A stretch of DNA of 64,000 nucleotides from Clostridiales bacterium (lineage in GTDB: Bacteria; Bacillota; Clostridia; Lachnospirales; UBA12420): assembly GCA_003452395.1 (NCBI GenBank), contig DMOI01000041.1, positions 8,362 through 72,361 of the forward strand, given 5' to 3'. Under the pieces are notes generated by a model. The model was given only the letters and a program-made list of their open reading frames with translations, was not told the DNA's origin and did not search any database. Position 1 is the stretch's first letter. Every line of letters begins with the position of its first letter. Positions 63,639 through 64,000 of this stretch are shown piece by piece. Position numbers and translations under genes: made by a program.

Positions 63639-64000
63639 TTATTTTCTTATAGAAAAACATTCGGGGTCAGGCATGAATTTTAGAATTTCTTTATAGGTTT
63701 CCACTACTGAAACAGCATATTCTGTTAGGTTGATGTCTCTATTTTTAATCTTAGATACCATAGTTGCATCTATGTTTAACTTGTTACTTATACTTATATT
63801 GTTTATTTCACAATTTGTCTCTGATAAAATAATAATAGCTTTTCTTATATCAGAAATATTTCGTTTTTTTGTCTTCTTTACTATTTCTTCAACCTCTACC
63901 ATTTCTTGTTTTGAAACCTCTTCAATTAAATCTTCTATATTTATCAGCTTTTTACTACATCTCAGTTTAAACCTTTGTGCTTCTTCTATTTTATATTCCT
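63639..64000 (-). CDS. helix-turn-helix protein (5' end may lie beyond the window)
   Basis: The track gives 87 aa from ATG 63902, but the frame is open to nt 64000 (...EYKIEEAQRFKLRCSKKLINIEDLIEEVSKQE-MVEVEE...). ISNKLNIDATMVSKIKNRD looks like an HTH. Confidence 0.5.
   Translation of the reverse strand, partial: EYKIEEAQRFKLRCSKKLINIEDLIEEVSKQEMVEVEEIVKKTKKRNISDIRKAIIILSETNCEINNISISNKLNIDATMVSKIKNRDINLTEYAVSVVETYKEILKFMPDPECFSIRK
63656..63797. repeat. direct repeat B (inside the intact HTH gene)
   Basis: 142 nt, ~98% identical to 58515-58657. Confidence 0.9.

Noticed and set aside
1-64000. rRNA, tRNA, tmRNA, RNase P and SRP RNA genes, and prophage or integrase genes
   Set aside because: I saw no segment with the GC-rich cloverleaf or conserved-core look of these RNAs, and no integrase, recombinase or phage structural ORF in the track. 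The only transposase trace is the stump at 58644-58898.

Overview
This is a strongly AT-rich chromosomal segment, coded almost entirely on the minus strand, from a low-GC Firmicute. It looks like a Clostridia/Tissierellia-type anaerobe: spoVS, a SpoIID/LytB-like gene, PFOR, and a CsaB plus SLH-domain envelope. All calls rest on my own reading of the ORF translations and the nucleotide sequence; no searches were run.

Backbone genes:
- A cell-wall cluster (csaB, a Wzy/O-antigen-ligase-like gene, DUF4330, murJ).
- ldhA, ychF, spoVS, rny, recA, secF/secD, ruvB, ftsY, smc, rnc and plsX.
- A PBP5-type carboxypeptidase, yqeK, obg and degV.
- An HlyD/ABC/ABC-2 exporter, a PilZ protein and nifJ (PFOR).
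- A GH18 protein, a CDF transporter, tyrS, a thermonuclease, yaiI and lysS.

Cis-regulatory RNAs: a Tyr T-box ahead of tyrS, a c-di-GMP-I (GEMM-I) riboswitch ahead of a transglutaminase-like gene, and a probable czcD/NiCo riboswitch ahead of the CDF transporter.

Accessory or unusual content:
- A HepT/MntA pair wedged between smc and rnc.
- A Fic/VbhA-like pair upstream of obg.
- An internally deleted Rpn-family remnant.
- An orphan prepilin-like DUF6273-type protein whose last ~180 nt are GC-rich and adenine-depleted on the sense strand.
- An orphan FliI-like ATPase, two unknown genes beside lysS, and an SLH-cohesin surface protein.
- Dispersed GTTGAAA-heptad palindromes and a ~70-bp hairpin element.

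Best candidate for a novel system: a ~5-kb cassette at 58.5-63.8 kb, bracketed by ~98% identical 143-bp direct repeats and adjoining an HUH-transposase stump. It encodes an 846-aa Nudix-like/SAM-methyltransferase/CYTH/HAD fusion, a translationally coupled stand-alone CYTH paralog, a divergent histidine-phosphatase-fold protein and an HTH protein.

I saw no rRNA, tRNA or CRISPR array.
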